The position numbers and the translations under genes are program-made. Below the pieces are notes generated by a model. That model was not told where the DNA came from. It did no database searches and worked only from the letters and a program-made list of their open reading frames with translations. From a plasmid, in the sequence record CP132319.1: a DNA stretch of 64,000 bases; one strand, given 5' to 3'. How positions within the stretch are numbered: the stretch's first letter is position 1; each line of letters starts with the position of its first letter. Below, piece by piece: positions 9,520 through 20,097 of the stretch.

Positions 9520-9804
9520 TTACTTAACCTGGGTGACGGTCAGCTTGCCATTGACCCGCTCGGCAACGAACTGGACCTTGGCGCCGACCTTGAGCTTTTC
9601 CAGAAATGCTTCGTCGGCGACTTGGAAAACCATGGTCATAGCGGGCATTTCGAGGCTTTTCAGTTCCTCGTGAATGAGCGTGACCTTCTTGGCCTTCTCG
9701 TCCACCTTCTTCACTGTACCGTTCGTAAACTCTTGGGCGAATGCGCCAGCGGTGGAGGCGAGCGCGATTGCGGCGGCGAGGGTAATCTTCGCGATGGTTT
9801 TCAT
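9520..9804 (-). CDS. cusF: CusF-like periplasmic Cu(I)-binding protein
   Basis: About 94 aa with a signal peptide; MPAMTMVFQVAD motif; RBS AGGAAG before the ATG at 9804 (the six-frame ORF starts further upstream). Confidence 0.8.
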   Translation of the reverse strand: MKTIAKITLAAAIALASTAGAFAQEFTNGTVKKVDEKAKKVTLIHEELKSLEMPAMTMVFQVADEAFLEKLKVGAKVQFVAERVNGKLTVTQVK

Positions 9805-9821
9805 ATCAGCTTCCTTTCTGA

Positions 9822-10298
9822 TTACTTCTTGGCGACCGTGACGTCGCCGTGCATGCCCGCATCGTAATGGCCGGGCACGAGGCAAGCGACCTTGAAGACG
9901 CCATCATTGGTGAACTTCCAGACGATCTCCCCGGTCTTGCCCGGGGCGAGGCGGATCGCGTTCGGGTCGTCATGTTCCATCTCCGGGAACTTTTCCATGA
10001 CGGCCTTGTGCTCCATGACCTTGTCTTCCTGGTCCAGAACGAACTCGTGATCGAGTTCACCGGCGTTCTTGATCGCAAACACGATGGTCTGGCCCTTGCG
10101 AACCTTGAAGTTGTTCGGGGTGAAAATCATCTTGCCGTCGTCCGTCTCCTTCATGGTGACGCGGACTGTCTGCGTTGCCTTGGACTTGTCGCCAGGTTCC
10201 CCGACAGTCATTTCTCCGTGGCCACCTTCATGGGAGCCCGAGGCAAGGACCGGCGTCGCGAGAGTGGCCAGCAGGAGGCCAATGAGTACAGTTTTCAT
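9822..10298 (-). CDS. Secreted cupredoxin (plastocyanin/azurin-like blue copper protein)
   Basis: Signal peptide; type-1 copper ligand pattern ...H...ACLVPGHYDAGMHG (C-x2-P-G-H-x4-M); 158 aa. Confidence 0.8.
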   Translation of the reverse strand: MKTVLIGLLLATLATPVLASGSHEGGHGEMTVGEPGDKSKATQTVRVTMKETDDGKMIFTPNNFKVRKGQTIVFAIKNAGELDHEFVLDQEDKVMEHKAVMEKFPEMEHDDPNAIRLAPGKTGEIVWKFTNDGVFKVACLVPGHYDAGMHGDVTVAKK

Positions 10299-10327
10299 AA
10301 CTCTGTCCTTTGGTTGAGAGTATTTAA

Positions 10328-11686
10328 TCAGCCGTGATCCGAGTGCTTCGGAGTGAGCTTTGTCTTTGCATCCTTGGCCTTAGGAATGTCCGGAAGCGCT
10401 CCCGTCCATTCCCAAGCCTGCGTACCGGGTGGGTTTTCATACCAGCCCGGGTCGCTATAATCGCCCGCTGAGATGCCCTCGCGGACCTTCACCACGGAGA
10501 ACATGCCCCCCATTTCGATAGGGCCGTGGGGACCCCATCCAGTCATCATGGGAACGGTGTTTTCCGGTATCTCCATCGACATTTCGCCCATATCCGCCAT
10601 ACCGGCGGTTCCCATGGGCATGTACTCGGGACGGAATTGCCTGATCTTCTTCGCAACCTCCTTCTTGTCGACACCGATGAACGTCGGGATTTCGTGTCCC
10701 ATCGCATTCATGGTGTGGTGCGACTTATGGCAATGGATTGCCCAGTCGCCGACATACTTGGCATCAAACTCGTACGCCCGCATCGCACCGACCGGGATGT
10801 CGATGCTGACTTCCGGCCACCGCGCCTCCGGCCGAACCCATCCACCGTCGGTGCACGTCACCTCGAAATCATATCCGTGCATGTGGATCGGGTGGTTGGT
10901 CATCGTCAGGTTGCCGACGCGCACACGCACCCTATCGTCCTTGGAGACGACCAACGGATCGATGCCAGGGAAGACACGGCTATTCCAGGTCCACAGGTTG
11001 AAGTCCGTCATTTCCATGACACGCGGGACGTAAGTCCCGGGATCGATGTCGTAGCCACTGAGCAGAAATACGAAGTCCCGGTCGACGGGCATGAACTTCG
11101 GGTCCTTTGGGTGAATAACAAAGAACCCCATCATGCCCATCGCCATCTGGACCATTTCGTCCGAGTGCGGGTGGTACATGAAGGTGCCGGACTTCACGAG
11201 ATCGAACTCGTAGACGAACGTCTTGCCGACGGGGATGTGGGGCTGTGACAGACCACCGACACCGTCCATGCCTGACGGGAGGATCATCCCGTGCCAGTGG
11301 ATGGTTGTGTGCTCCGGCAGCTTGTTGGTCACAAAAATGCGAACACGGTCCCCCTCGACCGCCTCAATTGTCGGTCCCGGGGACTGGCCGTTGTACCCCC
11401 AGAGATAGGCTGTCATGCCTTCCGCCATCTCGCGCTCGACAGGCTCCGCGACAAGGTGGAACTCTTTGACGCCATTGTTCATGCGGTAGGGCAATGTCCA
11501 GCCGTTCAGCGTTACGACGGGGGTGTAGTCCGGACCTGTCGTCGGGCGCACAGGCGTCTGCGTGGTGGCGGAGTCCATCACGGCTGCTTCTGGAAGCCCC
11601 ATGTTTGAGGTCTGTCCCCAGGCAGTGGATGAGACGATTGCCGCGCTAGCAGCACCGGCTCCAAGAAACTGTCTTCTATTGAACAT
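10328..11686 (-). CDS. Multicopper oxidase (452 aa) with Tat signal
   Basis: MFNRRQFLGAGAASAAI Tat motif; copper-site motifs HWHG, HPIHMHGYDFEV and HCHKSHHTMNAMGHE. Confidence 0.9.
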   Translation of the reverse strand: MFNRRQFLGAGAASAAIVSSTAWGQTSNMGLPEAAVMDSATTQTPVRPTTGPDYTPVVTLNGWTLPYRMNNGVKEFHLVAEPVEREMAEGMTAYLWGYNGQSPGPTIEAVEGDRVRIFVTNKLPEHTTIHWHGMILPSGMDGVGGLSQPHIPVGKTFVYEFDLVKSGTFMYHPHSDEMVQMAMGMMGFFVIHPKDPKFMPVDRDFVFLLSGYDIDPGTYVPRVMEMTDFNLWTWNSRVFPGIDPLVVSKDDRVRVRVGNLTMTNHPIHMHGYDFEVTCTDGGWVRPEARWPEVSIDIPVGAMRAYEFDAKYVGDWAIHCHKSHHTMNAMGHEIPTFIGVDKKEVAKKIRQFRPEYMPMGTAGMADMGEMSMEIPENTVPMMTGWGPHGPIEMGGMFSVVKVREGISAGDYSDPGWYENPPGTQAWEWTGALPDIPKAKDAKTKLTPKHSDHG

Positions 11687-11700
11687 CTTCGTTTCCTTTC

Positions 11701-13164
11701 TCAGTGCCCGCCGCTTTCGGCTTCCTCAGCCGACGCGACTTCGGTCTCCGCCGATGCGGAACCAGTGCTGCCGCCATAGATGACGGGTGCAAGGTTCGCT
11801 TCCGCGAGCCAGAAGTCGCGCTTGGCGTTGACGGCAAGGATGGTGGAGTCGATCTTTTCGCGGGTGTCCGCGATCAGTTCGAACGTGCTGGTGATCATGC
11901 CGTTGTAGGTAAGGAGGGACTGTTCCTCGATTGCACTACGAAGCGGCAGAACACTGTTTCGGTAGTGACGGGCGATGTCATAGTTCGACCGGTATGCCAC
12001 GTAAGCGGACCGAGCCTCGGAGCGAACGTTAACCGCTTTTTCCGCAAGCTGATTGGCCGCTCGCATATAGGCGAGTTCGCCTTTCCGCATACGGGCCTGA
12101 CCGGAATCGAAGATCGGTATCGTGAACTCCAATGACGCGGTCTTCGAGATGCTGCGATGGGTTTTCCCATCCTCACGCTCTCGTTCCTGCTCCAGTGTGC
12201 CGACCAGCTCGATGTCGGTGACAAACCGGGTGACATCCTCCAGCTTGTAGGACTGGGCAGTCGCATCAAGCTCCAGGCGTGCGACCTGCAGGTCCATACG
12301 TTTGTGGATCGCTTCGGCTTCGATGTCGTCCCGCTTGATCAAGCCCTTCGGCAGCGAAGGCAGGCGGTTCGGAATCTGGAAGTCGATGTCCGAACCCGAC
12401 AGCCCCATCAGCCGGATCAATTCTTCCTTGGCGAGTTTCGCTTCCAGACGCGCCTTCGCAGTTTCGCCCGTCAGCTCGGCATAGAAAACGTGCTCACGCG
12501 CCTGATCGGCCTTCGCCATCGATCCGGCTTCGCCTATCTTCTTCGCCAACTCAGAGGCGGCGTCGGCGGCAACCTTGGCCTGGTTGAGATAAGCAACATT
12601 CTCCCATGCAGCTACTGCATTGATCCATGCGCGGCGGGTTTCTGAAGCCAGCGAGATGGTGTCCAATGCTGCGTTCAACTGTGCCTGCCGGAACCGGGTC
12701 TCCGCCAGTTTGATGTTCTTATCATAGGTGACCAAAGCAAGAATGTTTGCGGCAATGGCACCTTCCAATACCCGGTACGCTTCGAGACCAGGGGTGCCGA
12801 TACCGGAAAGTCCCACCGAGAACGACGGGAGGACAGACAGTTGTGTCTGCCAAGCGTCAGCCGCACTGTCGCCGAGATCGGCGTAAGATGCCTGCAAGCC
12901 CTTGTTGTTCAAAAGTGCGACCTGTACGGCGGTCTCGACGTCTATGGTCTTTTTGGCCATCAGCGCCTTTACGCGTTCGCGTGTCTGCTCAGCTTGTTGG
13001 CGGTTCTGCACCCAGACAGTCTGCTTACCGGTCGCCTCGGAACCCCTCGCAGAGGCGTTGGCGAAACCCGCATCTTTTGCTGAGTACCCCGTGCTGACGC
13101 AACCCGTTGCGAAAATCGGAAGCACCAGGGTCGAGATCAGTTTGATCTTCAGCGATACCATCAT
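11701..13164 (-). CDS. Outer-membrane efflux factor (TolC/NodT/CusC family) lipoprotein
   Basis: Lipobox ...ATGCVS; about 490 aa OMF-like repeat architecture; start MMVSLKIKL with GGAGG RBS at 13164. Confidence 0.8.
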   Translation of the reverse strand: MMVSLKIKLISTLVLPIFATGCVSTGYSAKDAGFANASARGSEATGKQTVWVQNRQQAEQTRERVKALMAKKTIDVETAVQVALLNNKGLQASYADLGDSAADAWQTQLSVLPSFSVGLSGIGTPGLEAYRVLEGAIAANILALVTYDKNIKLAETRFRQAQLNAALDTISLASETRRAWINAVAAWENVAYLNQAKVAADAASELAKKIGEAGSMAKADQAREHVFYAELTGETAKARLEAKLAKEELIRLMGLSGSDIDFQIPNRLPSLPKGLIKRDDIEAEAIHKRMDLQVARLELDATAQSYKLEDVTRFVTDIELVGTLEQEREREDGKTHRSISKTASLEFTIPIFDSGQARMRKGELAYMRAANQLAEKAVNVRSEARSAYVAYRSNYDIARHYRNSVLPLRSAIEEQSLLTYNGMITSTFELIADTREKIDSTILAVNAKRDFWLAEANLAPVIYGGSTGSASAETEVASAEEAESGGH

Positions 13165-13382
13165 GCACCTCCGCCGGGTGCTTGAGCATCGTTGAGACCA
13201 CGCCACGGCTTGGGATCGACCGGCATGCGGTGGGAATAAGCACCCACGGCGTTCTGGTAGGCGATGGGGGCAACATCGACTACCGTGTCGGGATGATTAG
13301 ACGAGGCAACGACTTCGGGCAGCGTGGATGCGCATCCGCTCACAACGAACGGAAGAGCAGCCACCAGTAACAAACGGTTCAT
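13161..13382 (-). CDS. Small lipoprotein of unknown function, translationally coupled to the OMF gene
   Basis: Signal plus lipobox LVVSGC; stop overlaps the OMF start (ATGA). Confidence 0.5.
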   Translation of the reverse strand: MNRLLLVAALPFVVSGCASTLPEVVASSNHPDTVVDVAPIAYQNAVGAYSHRMPVDPKPWRGLNDAQAPGGGA

Positions 13383-13469
13383 GGTGAAAATCCGAGAAAA
13401 TAGATGACAGGCGCGTCAGAGCGCGTAATCGCGCAAGACACAGCAACACCCTCAAAGGGCCGCTATTTC

Positions 13470-13901
13470 TCAGATATTAGGAGGCAGATGCAGACGTGGT
13501 GCCAAGCCAACATAGCGCGTGTCATCGATAAAGCCGTGGACCGGTTCGAAACGCGGATGGGCTAGCGTCGTGCTGCCGCAGTCAATGGCCGCGACGCCAC
13601 AATAGTCCTGACAGCAGCTTTTCTTCGAGCTTTTGGAGTCGGCATGGTCGTGTTGATCGCCATGGTGATCAACGTCGGCCATGGCAGCGTGATCGCTGCC
13701 ATGGGACATTAAATGGTCCGCCTCGACCTGGGTCGCTTCGACCGGCACTTCCGGATGCATTGCAGCGTTGACCGTAGACAAGCTATATCCAGCCAGTGAC
13801 ACGAGGATCACCAGTCGAAAGGCCAGCGCTACCGCTGCAGATGCGAATCGAAAAATTCCGCTCATACTTAAGTAAATCGCTAGACCCTTGAACATTGTCA
13901 A
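13470..13901 (-). CDS. Small membrane-anchored His/Cys-rich protein (member 1 of the Cys-rich paralog family; DUF2946-like?)
   Basis: Hydrophobic N-terminal anchor; HxxH-rich stretch; CCQDYCGVAAIDCG cluster; C-terminal ...LPPNI. Confidence 0.5.
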   Translation of the reverse strand: MTMFKGLAIYLSMSGIFRFASAAVALAFRLVILVSLAGYSLSTVNAAMHPEVPVEATQVEADHLMSHGSDHAAMADVDHHGDQHDHADSKSSKKSCCQDYCGVAAIDCGSTTLAHPRFEPVHGFIDDTRYVGLAPRLHLPPNI

Positions 13902-14017
13902 TCGACGCTTCTCTCAATCATGGATTCGCGACGTTTGTGTGGCATATCCACCACGCGCTAAAATAGGGAAGCACGCTCGGCAGCTCGTGAGCCGACGAGC
14001 GTGTGCTGGCAGTGCCG

Positions 14018-14290
14018 TCAGTTGCTGCGCTGTTTTTTCAGGTAGTCTGCCTGCGGATCGATGATCGATACTGAGCCGTACCGGCTGTTGGTACGTTCGA
14101 CCCTGCCGTTGTCCAGAACGCGAAAGCTGACATCGGGGTCGGACACGGACGATGCTGCATCACCCGGATTGCCGTGTCCCTGCGTAATCTTCGCGATGGG
14201 CGAAGCGGTTTCGCTGAGAATGGTGTTGGCGAAGGCACCGGAGGTGACGGACAGCAAGGCGACAGCGGTGACGGCGATTCGTTTCATCAT
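14018..14290 (-). CDS. Small secreted protein, unknown function, divergent from copRS
   Basis: Clean signal peptide MMKRIAVTAVALLSVTSGAFA; 90 aa. Confidence 0.5.
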   Translation of the reverse strand: MMKRIAVTAVALLSVTSGAFANTILSETASPIAKITQGHGNPGDAASSVSDPDVSFRVLDNGRVERTNSRYGSVSIIDPQADYLKKQRSN

Positions 14291-14369
14291 GATCTATTCC
14301 TCGTTTAAGACTGCTACATGCAGCATCTGGAATTTAGATCGCTCGTTTTTCGCCCACCTGTCCCGCACT

Positions 14370-14382
14370 ATACAAATTTGTA
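14370..14382. promoter_or_regulatory. 13-bp palindrome TACAAATTTGTAA in the divergent promoter region upstream of copR; candidate CopR/CusR-type operator
   Basis: Perfect palindrome read in the sequence; position between divergent 14018..14290 and copR; loosely resembles cop-box half sites (TGTAAT / ATTACA type). Confidence 0.35.
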
Positions 14383-14488
14383 AACCGGGGATCACAGCAT
14401 CTGCCGCAAGAATGCCCAAATCTCAGAGCGTTGAAGTGAGCTACCGGTTTCACTACAGGGCCAAAACTCAAGAAGAATTCTTTGCCGC

Positions 14489-15166
14489 ATGAAAATACTT
14501 ATAATCGAAGATGATCACATCACAGGAACCTACATTCAAAAGGGTTTGAGCACTGCAGGGCACGCAGTAGACTGGCTCCGGGATGGCCGTGACGCGCTCG
14601 CGGCGGGCTTGGACCCAGGGTACGATGTTCTCGTTGTAGATCGAATGATCCCTGGTCTGGATGGCCTGAATCTCGTCAAAGGCTTACGAGCAGCGTCGGT
14701 ACGAACGCCGGTGTTGTTTCTCACGGCGATTAGCGGTGTGGACGATAGGGTCGAGGGTCTAGAAGCAGGCGGTGATGATTATCTGGTGAAGCCTTTTGCG
14801 TTTTCAGAACTAACTGCTCGGATTGGTGCCCTCGTTCGACGCCCCCCAATCGCAATAGAAAGGACAAAGTTGCGGGTAGGCGACTTGGAGATGGACCTGG
14901 TCACCAGAACCACCTGTCGCGCGGGGCAGCGCATCGAACTCCTACCGCGCGAGTTCTCGCTACTGGAATTGTTGATGCGGAATGAGGGGAGGGTCCTTAC
15001 AAAAACGATGTTCCTCGAAAAGATATGGAACTTCAATTTCGACCCGCAAAGTTCCGTTGTGGAAACCCACATCAGCCGCCTGAGGGCGAAGATTGACAAA
15101 CCATTCGAGAATCCACTTTTGCACACCGTCAAGAACACCGGTTATACCTTGCATGCTCGCGGGTAG
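14489..15166 (+). CDS. copR: OmpR-family response regulator (CopR/CusR-like)
   Basis: Receiver domain (MKILIIEDD...D...) plus winged-helix C-terminus; overlaps the downstream histidine kinase. Confidence 0.85.
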   Translation: MKILIIEDDHITGTYIQKGLSTAGHAVDWLRDGRDALAAGLDPGYDVLVVDRMIPGLDGLNLVKGLRAASVRTPVLFLTAISGVDDRVEGLEAGGDDYLVKPFAFSELTARIGALVRRPPIAIERTKLRVGDLEMDLVTRTTCRAGQRIELLPREFSLLELLMRNEGRVLTKTMFLEKIWNFNFDPQSSVVETHISRLRAKIDKPFENPLLHTVKNTGYTLHARG

Positions 15167-16517
15167 CGTATTCAAGAGCACGGCTGTCCGGCTCGCAATT
15201 ATCTATATTGCACTTTTTGTGATTGCCTACCTCGTAGCCAATATCGCGGCCTACCAGATGGTGATTCGATTCCTCGATGACAGGTTGAATGCCAACGTCA
15301 TGGAACGATATCGGGAAATTACCTCAGCTTACGAGGGGCGCGGTCTCGTCGGCGCAGTTCGGATGATCGAGAGCCATGGCCCTGCCATCAGGGGCCAGGA
15401 GACGATGTACACACTGCGAGGCCCCGCTGGCGAACTGGTCGCCGGTAACGCGGAGCTGGCAGATGTGCCAGCAGGGTTCTCGCTGCTCCGGCCGGAGGAC
15501 CAACACGCAAGCGCGTCGCACTACAAGTTGTTCCGAGGCCCATTGGGTGAAAACGATCTGACCGTTGGTATCAGCTACCGCGACACCGACGAACTGGCCC
15601 GGATAGTTTTGATAAGTTTCGGGTGGGCGACCGCGATCATCCTTGCCGTCGGTATGACTGGAGCGGCGATCCTGGCCTATCGCACTCGTAAGCGCATCTT
15701 CGTTCTCTCCCGCACCGCGCACGAAATTGGACATGGCGAGCTTTCCAAACGGCTTCCAGTTTCATCTCGGATGGATGAAATCGACGTCCTTTCGTCTGAG
15801 GTCAATGTCGCGTTGGCGCGGCTGGAATTGAGCGTTTCTACCCTGAAACAGGTAACCACGGACGTCGCTCACGATCTGAAGACACCGATTGGGCGGACCT
15901 TCCTTGTCCTTGAGGATGCCATGGAATCCGATGGGGTCGGGGATATGAGAGGCGGGATCGAAGCCGCCTTGGTCGAACTTAAATCCATTGCCGACACGTT
16001 CGACGCCCTCCTGCGGATCGCGCAGATCGAGGCGCGCATCCGAACAGAAAACTTCACCGTGTTCGATCTGAAGCCCTTGGTCACTGACCTTTACGAAATC
16101 TACGAGGCTATCGCTGTCGAGGGTGGATACGAGCTGTCCCTGAGTATCGGAAGTGGAGCTTGCCTTATAAATGGTGATCCCGATCTCATCCGGCAGTTGT
16201 TGGCCAACCTTCTGACGAACTCAATGAGGCATACGCCAGACGGGTCGAAAATCGCTTTAGAACTCTCGCGTGGCCATCGCACCATCAGTTTGGGCGTTTC
16301 AGATAACGGCTCTGGGATTCCTCGTGAAGAACGGAAACGCGTTTTCGACCGATTTTATCGCCTCGAAAAGAGCAGAACGACAACCGGGTCTGGATTGGGT
16401 CTCAGCCTGGTCAAGGCAATCGCCGAGTTGCACGGCGCAAATACGGAACTGCTGGATAACGAGCCCGGTCTCCAGGTCGTCACAAAGTTTCGAGAGGCGG
16501 AGAACGGGAACCTTTAA
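15153..16517 (+). CDS. copS: Sensor histidine kinase (CopS/CusS-like)
   Basis: Two TM segments, HAMP domain, H-box VAHDLKTPI, HATPase_c with GSGLGLSLVKAIAELHG; start ATG 15153 overlapping the copR stop. Confidence 0.85.
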   Translation: MLAGSVFKSTAVRLAIIYIALFVIAYLVANIAAYQMVIRFLDDRLNANVMERYREITSAYEGRGLVGAVRMIESHGPAIRGQETMYTLRGPAGELVAGNAELADVPAGFSLLRPEDQHASASHYKLFRGPLGENDLTVGISYRDTDELARIVLISFGWATAIILAVGMTGAAILAYRTRKRIFVLSRTAHEIGHGELSKRLPVSSRMDEIDVLSSEVNVALARLELSVSTLKQVTTDVAHDLKTPIGRTFLVLEDAMESDGVGDMRGGIEAALVELKSIADTFDALLRIAQIEARIRTENFTVFDLKPLVTDLYEIYEAIAVEGGYELSLSIGSGACLINGDPDLIRQLLANLLTNSMRHTPDGSKIALELSRGHRTISLGVSDNGSGIPREERKRVFDRFYRLEKSRTTTGSGLGLSLVKAIAELHGANTELLDNEPGLQVVTKFREAENGNL

Positions 16518-16556
16518 GCTCTACCAGGGTTTGCATTTGAGTTTTGGGAGCTTTGA

Positions 16557-16880
16557 ATGCAGGTGCGAACCCAACTTCGGGAAGTTCTGCGCGCGATCAG
16601 TGTTTTGCTGATGGTGCTCCACGTCATGGCCGCTACACCCGCTGGGGTACACCAAATGGGGTGTCGCGAGGTTGAGGTTAGCACAAGCGATTCCCACCGG
16701 GAGATGCTGCCCACGGGCACTTGCTGCACCAACCTTCATTGCTGCCCGGTCATCCAGGACGTTTCGACACCTGGGGCACCGCTTGCGATCCGATATCTCC
16801 CAGAAATGCGGCTTCAGACAGATGTCGCCCTCGTGCTCGACAAATCCATCGACCCGCCCCCTCGAACCCTGTCGCTGTGA
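16557..16880 (+). CDS. Small membrane-anchored Cys-rich protein (member 2 of the Cys-rich paralog family)
   Basis: N-terminal TM (AISVLLMVLHVMAA), CC/CC cluster TGTCCTNLHCCPV, C-terminal ...DPPPRTLSL; GGGAG RBS. Confidence 0.45.
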   Translation: MQVRTQLREVLRAISVLLMVLHVMAATPAGVHQMGCREVEVSTSDSHREMLPTGTCCTNLHCCPVIQDVSTPGAPLAIRYLPEMRLQTDVALVLDKSIDPPPRTLSL

Positions 16881-16911
16881 CGTGTTTTCCTCTCACAAAC
16901 AGGAGTTCAAA

Positions 16912-17334
16912 ATGAAAATCCTTCTGAAATCATCCGTCGCCGCAATCCTACTGGCCACCGTAGTCGGCTCGTTCCCGGCCGCAGCACAGATGGCGTATCC
17001 GGAGAAATGTAAGTCCGACATGGCCAAACCCGGTGACACCACGATGCAAGGCCACGAAATGTCCATGCCCGAAATGACTGACTACCAGAAAGACTCGATG
17101 GACGGCATGAAGATGATGAACATGAACATGATGCAGGGAATGATGAAAAAAGACCCTGACGTCTCGTTCGTGTGCGGAATGATTGCGCACCATATGGGTG
17201 CAATCAGCATGGCTGAGGTCGAACTGAAACACGGCGATAACGCTGAGGCCAAAGCGGCAGCTCAGAAAATCATCGACGATCAAACGAAGGAGGTCGAAGA
17301 GCTGACGTCCTGGGTCGAGAAGGAGGTCAAGTGA
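16912..17334 (+). CDS. DUF305-family periplasmic protein with Met-rich (MxM) copper-binding-like tract
   Basis: Signal peptide; MMNMNMMQGMM tract; DUF305 signature ...CGMIAHHMGAISMAE; RBS AGGAG before ATG 16912. Confidence 0.75.
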   Translation: MKILLKSSVAAILLATVVGSFPAAAQMAYPEKCKSDMAKPGDTTMQGHEMSMPEMTDYQKDSMDGMKMMNMNMMQGMMKKDPDVSFVCGMIAHHMGAISMAEVELKHGDNAEAKAAAQKIIDDQTKEVEELTSWVEKEVK

Positions 17335-17666
17335 TGCATCATCAATCCTCCGAGATGAAAGCCTGCATCGAAAGCTGCTTGGCCTGTTACAGCGAGTGTC
17401 TATCTATGGCGATGGGGCACTGTTTGGAAGTGGGCGGCAAGCATACTGAGCCTGCGCATTTCAAGCTGATGATGGCCTGCGCCGAGATTTGCCGGACGTC
17501 GGCTCAATTCATGCTCATCGGTAGCGGGCACCATAAGCACATTTGCCGAGAATGCGCCGAGATTTGCCGCCAGTGTGCCGATGATTGCGAACGGGTCGGC
17601 GATATGCAGGGCTGCGTCGACGCATGCCGCAGATGTGCGGAAAGCTGTGAACAGATGGCCGCGTGA
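17331..17666 (+). CDS. Csp-family four-helix-bundle Cys-rich copper storage protein (DUF326)
   Basis: 111 aa with about 16 Cys in regularly spaced CxxxC repeats (CIESCLACYSEC..., CAEICR..., CRECAEICRQCADDCE..., CVDACRRCAESCE). Confidence 0.75.
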   Translation: MMHHQSSEMKACIESCLACYSECLSMAMGHCLEVGGKHTEPAHFKLMMACAEICRTSAQFMLIGSGHHKHICRECAEICRQCADDCERVGDMQGCVDACRRCAESCEQMAA

Positions 17667-17674
17667 CCTGACGT

Positions 17675-17712
17675 GGCCCCGACGACTCCTCGTCGGGGCC
17701 ACCACTTCATTT
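17675..17712 (+). terminator. Hairpin GGCCCCGACGA-ctcc-TCGTCGGGGCC followed by a weak T-rich tail (candidate terminator after the csp gene)
   Basis: 11-bp GC stem read in the sequence, 9 nt after the stop codon. Confidence 0.4.
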
Positions 17713-17877
17713 ACGTGCAGCGCGCAACGATGACGACGTTCGTGAGCATGTAGAGGTTGGCACGAATTGTGATTTCCTCTTGGCTGCGGGTACTCACTAC
17801 GGTGCGTTGGGGTCCATGGTAGGCTCGCAGAAATCTGAGCTTCCCTGTGTACCGCTACAGAACTCACGTCTAGGCTA

Positions 17878-20097
17878 TCATAGGGCCGCGCTTCTAAGCC
17901 TGAGCGAGTTGCCAATTACGCTCACCGACGACAGCGCCATGGCTGCCGCTGCGATGATCGGAGACAAGAGCAGCCCGAAAGACGGGTATAGAATACCGGC
18001 TGCCACTGGCACACCCGCCGCGTTGTAGATAAAGGCGAAGAACAGGTTTTGGCGAATATTTGCCATCGTTGCTCGGCTGAGCTGACGGGCACGTACAATT
18101 CCCTGTAGGTCGCCTTTCAGCAGGGTGACACCAGCACTTTCGATAGCAACGTCGGTACCGGTACCCATGGCGATGCCAACGTCGGCAGCTGCCAGGGCAG
18201 GAGCATCGTTGACACCGTCGCCCGCCATGGCAACGATTTTGCCCTCGCTTCTCAGTCTGGAAACAATCTTGCTTTTGTCTTCGGGAAGCACCTCTGCCTC
18301 TACTTCCGAAATCCCCAGACGACGTGCCACCGCAAGCGCCGTCGTCTTGTTGTCGCCAGTTAGCATCACCACCCTGACCCCTTCCGCGACAAGGTCCTTG
18401 ACGGCTTCCGGGGTTGTCGCCTTCACGGGGTCGGCGATAGCAAACAATCCCTCGACATGCCCATCGGCAGCCATGAAGATGACCGTTGCGCCCTCGTTTC
18501 GCAGTTCTTCGGCGTGAACTGTGACCGAGGATACGTCGATACTGTTTTCTTCCATGATCCGGTGGCTTCCGAGGATTAGCTTTTTGCCATTGACGACCCC
18601 CGTCACGCCCTTGCCCACCGGGCTGTCAAAGTCCTGAGCATCCCCAACGGCGATTCCGCGTTCTGTCGCCGCGTTGACAATAGCAAGGGCGAGCGGGTGT
18701 TCGCTCGACCTTTCAAGCGTCGCTGCCGTCTGGAGCAGGTCAGTTTCGGAGACACCATCTCGCGGAACGATAGCGGTTAATTTTGGCCGACCCTCGGTTA
18801 GGGTTCCGGTTTTATCGACTACGAGCGTATTGACCTTTTCGAACCGCTCAAGTGCCTCCGCGTTCTTGATCAGGACACCAAGCCCAGCACCTCGGCCAAC
18901 GCCGACCATAATCGACATGGGTGTAGCGAGGCCGAGCGCGCACGGGCAGGCGATAATCAAAACTGCGACAGCTGCAACAAGCCCATGGGCGAAGCGCGGC
19001 TCAGGGCCAATAAAGAACCAAACAAAGAAGGAGATGATCGCCACGGCGATGACTACCGGCACGAACCACCCGGAAACTTCGTCTGCCAGACGCTGGATAG
19101 GAGCCCGAGAACGCTGAGCCTCTGCAACCATTTTCACGATCTGGGCAAGCATGGTGTCCTTGCCGACCTTACCGGCTTCCATGATGAAGCCACCGGTCTG
19201 GTTCATCGTGCCTCCGATCAGCTTTGAACCAACTTCCTTTGTAACCGGCATCGATTCGCCGGTTATCATGGATTCGTCGATGGAGCTGCGACCTTCCAGC
19301 AGGGCACCATCGACCGGGATCTTTTCACCCGGCCGAACACGCAGGCGGTCTCCGACCGATACAGCGTCGAGGCCAATATCCTCGTCGCTACCGTCGTCGT
19401 TGACGCGCCTTGCGGTCTTTGGAGCCAGATCGAGAAGCGCACGTATAGCCCCCCCGGTCTGTTCCCGCGCCCGAAGCTCCAGTACCTGGCCAAGCAACAC
19501 GAGAACCGTGATCACCGCCGCCGCCTCGAAATAAACGGCGACTGCACCCTCGCTGGAACGAAATGTTTCCGGGAAGATACCCGGCATGATCGTCGCGACC
19601 ACGCTGTAAATCCAGGCGACGCCGGTGCCCATCGCAATGAGCGTAAACATGTTCAGGTGGCGGGTGATGATGGACTGCCAGCCTCGTTCAAAGAATGGCC
19701 AGCCGGCCCAAAGAACCACCGGTGTCGCCAAAACCAGCTGGACCCAGTTCGAGGTCTGTGGCCCGAGCACCATGTGCAGGTTCGTCAGGTGCCCGCCCAT
19801 TTCCAAAACAAGCACCGGCACAGACAGGATTAAACCGATCCAGAATCTGCGGGTCATGTCGGCCAGTTCGGGGCTTGGGCCCGTCGCGACCTCCGGTGTT
19901 TCCGGTTCCAGAGCCATGCCGCAGATTGGGCAGTTTCCCGGCCCTGGCTGACGAACTTGGGGATGCATCGGGCAGGTGTAAACGACACCCTCGACTTCAT
20001 CGACGGACGTTGCAGTCTTTAGTGGAACCACGTTCGATGAGTGATCATGGCCATGTTCGTGTCGATGGTGGGCATGCCCACGATGTTCGCTCGTCAT
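17878..20097 (-). CDS. Cu(I)-translocating P1B-type ATPase with His-rich N-terminus and CPxHPxx...CPICGM metal-binding domain
   Basis: Motifs TGES, CPC ([11 protein letters not shown]), [17 protein letters not shown]; 739 aa; lies 13 nt downstream of a multicopper oxidase gene. Confidence 0.9.
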   Translation of the reverse strand: MTSEHRGHAHHRHEHGHDHSSNVVPLKTATSVDEVEGVVYTCPMHPQVRQPGPGNCPICGMALEPETPEVATGPSPELADMTRRFWIGLILSVPVLVLEMGGHLTNLHMVLGPQTSNWVQLVLATPVVLWAGWPFFERGWQSIITRHLNMFTLIAMGTGVAWIYSVVATIMPGIFPETFRSSEGAVAVYFEAAAVITVLVLLGQVLELRAREQTGGAIRALLDLAPKTARRVNDDGSDEDIGLDAVSVGDRLRVRPGEKIPVDGALLEGRSSIDESMITGESMPVTKEVGSKLIGGTMNQTGGFIMEAGKVGKDTMLAQIVKMVAEAQRSRAPIQRLADEVSGWFVPVVIAVAIISFFVWFFIGPEPRFAHGLVAAVAVLIIACPCALGLATPMSIMVGVGRGAGLGVLIKNAEALERFEKVNTLVVDKTGTLTEGRPKLTAIVPRDGVSETDLLQTAATLERSSEHPLALAIVNAATERGIAVGDAQDFDSPVGKGVTGVVNGKKLILGSHRIMEENSIDVSSVTVHAEELRNEGATVIFMAADGHVEGLFAIADPVKATTPEAVKDLVAEGVRVVMLTGDNKTTALAVARRLGISEVEAEVLPEDKSKIVSRLRSEGKIVAMAGDGVNDAPALAAADVGIAMGTGTDVAIESAGVTLLKGDLQGIVRARQLSRATMANIRQNLFFAFIYNAAGVPVAAGILYPSFGLLLSPIIAAAAMALSSVSVIGNSLRLRSAAL

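Noticed and set aside
10473-11248. Plus-strand ORFs of 186-240 aa inside the first MCO gene
   Set aside because: Antisense artefacts. The same pattern recurs opposite the second MCO copy (58838-59695), which shows it is strand-symmetric noise rather than a gene.
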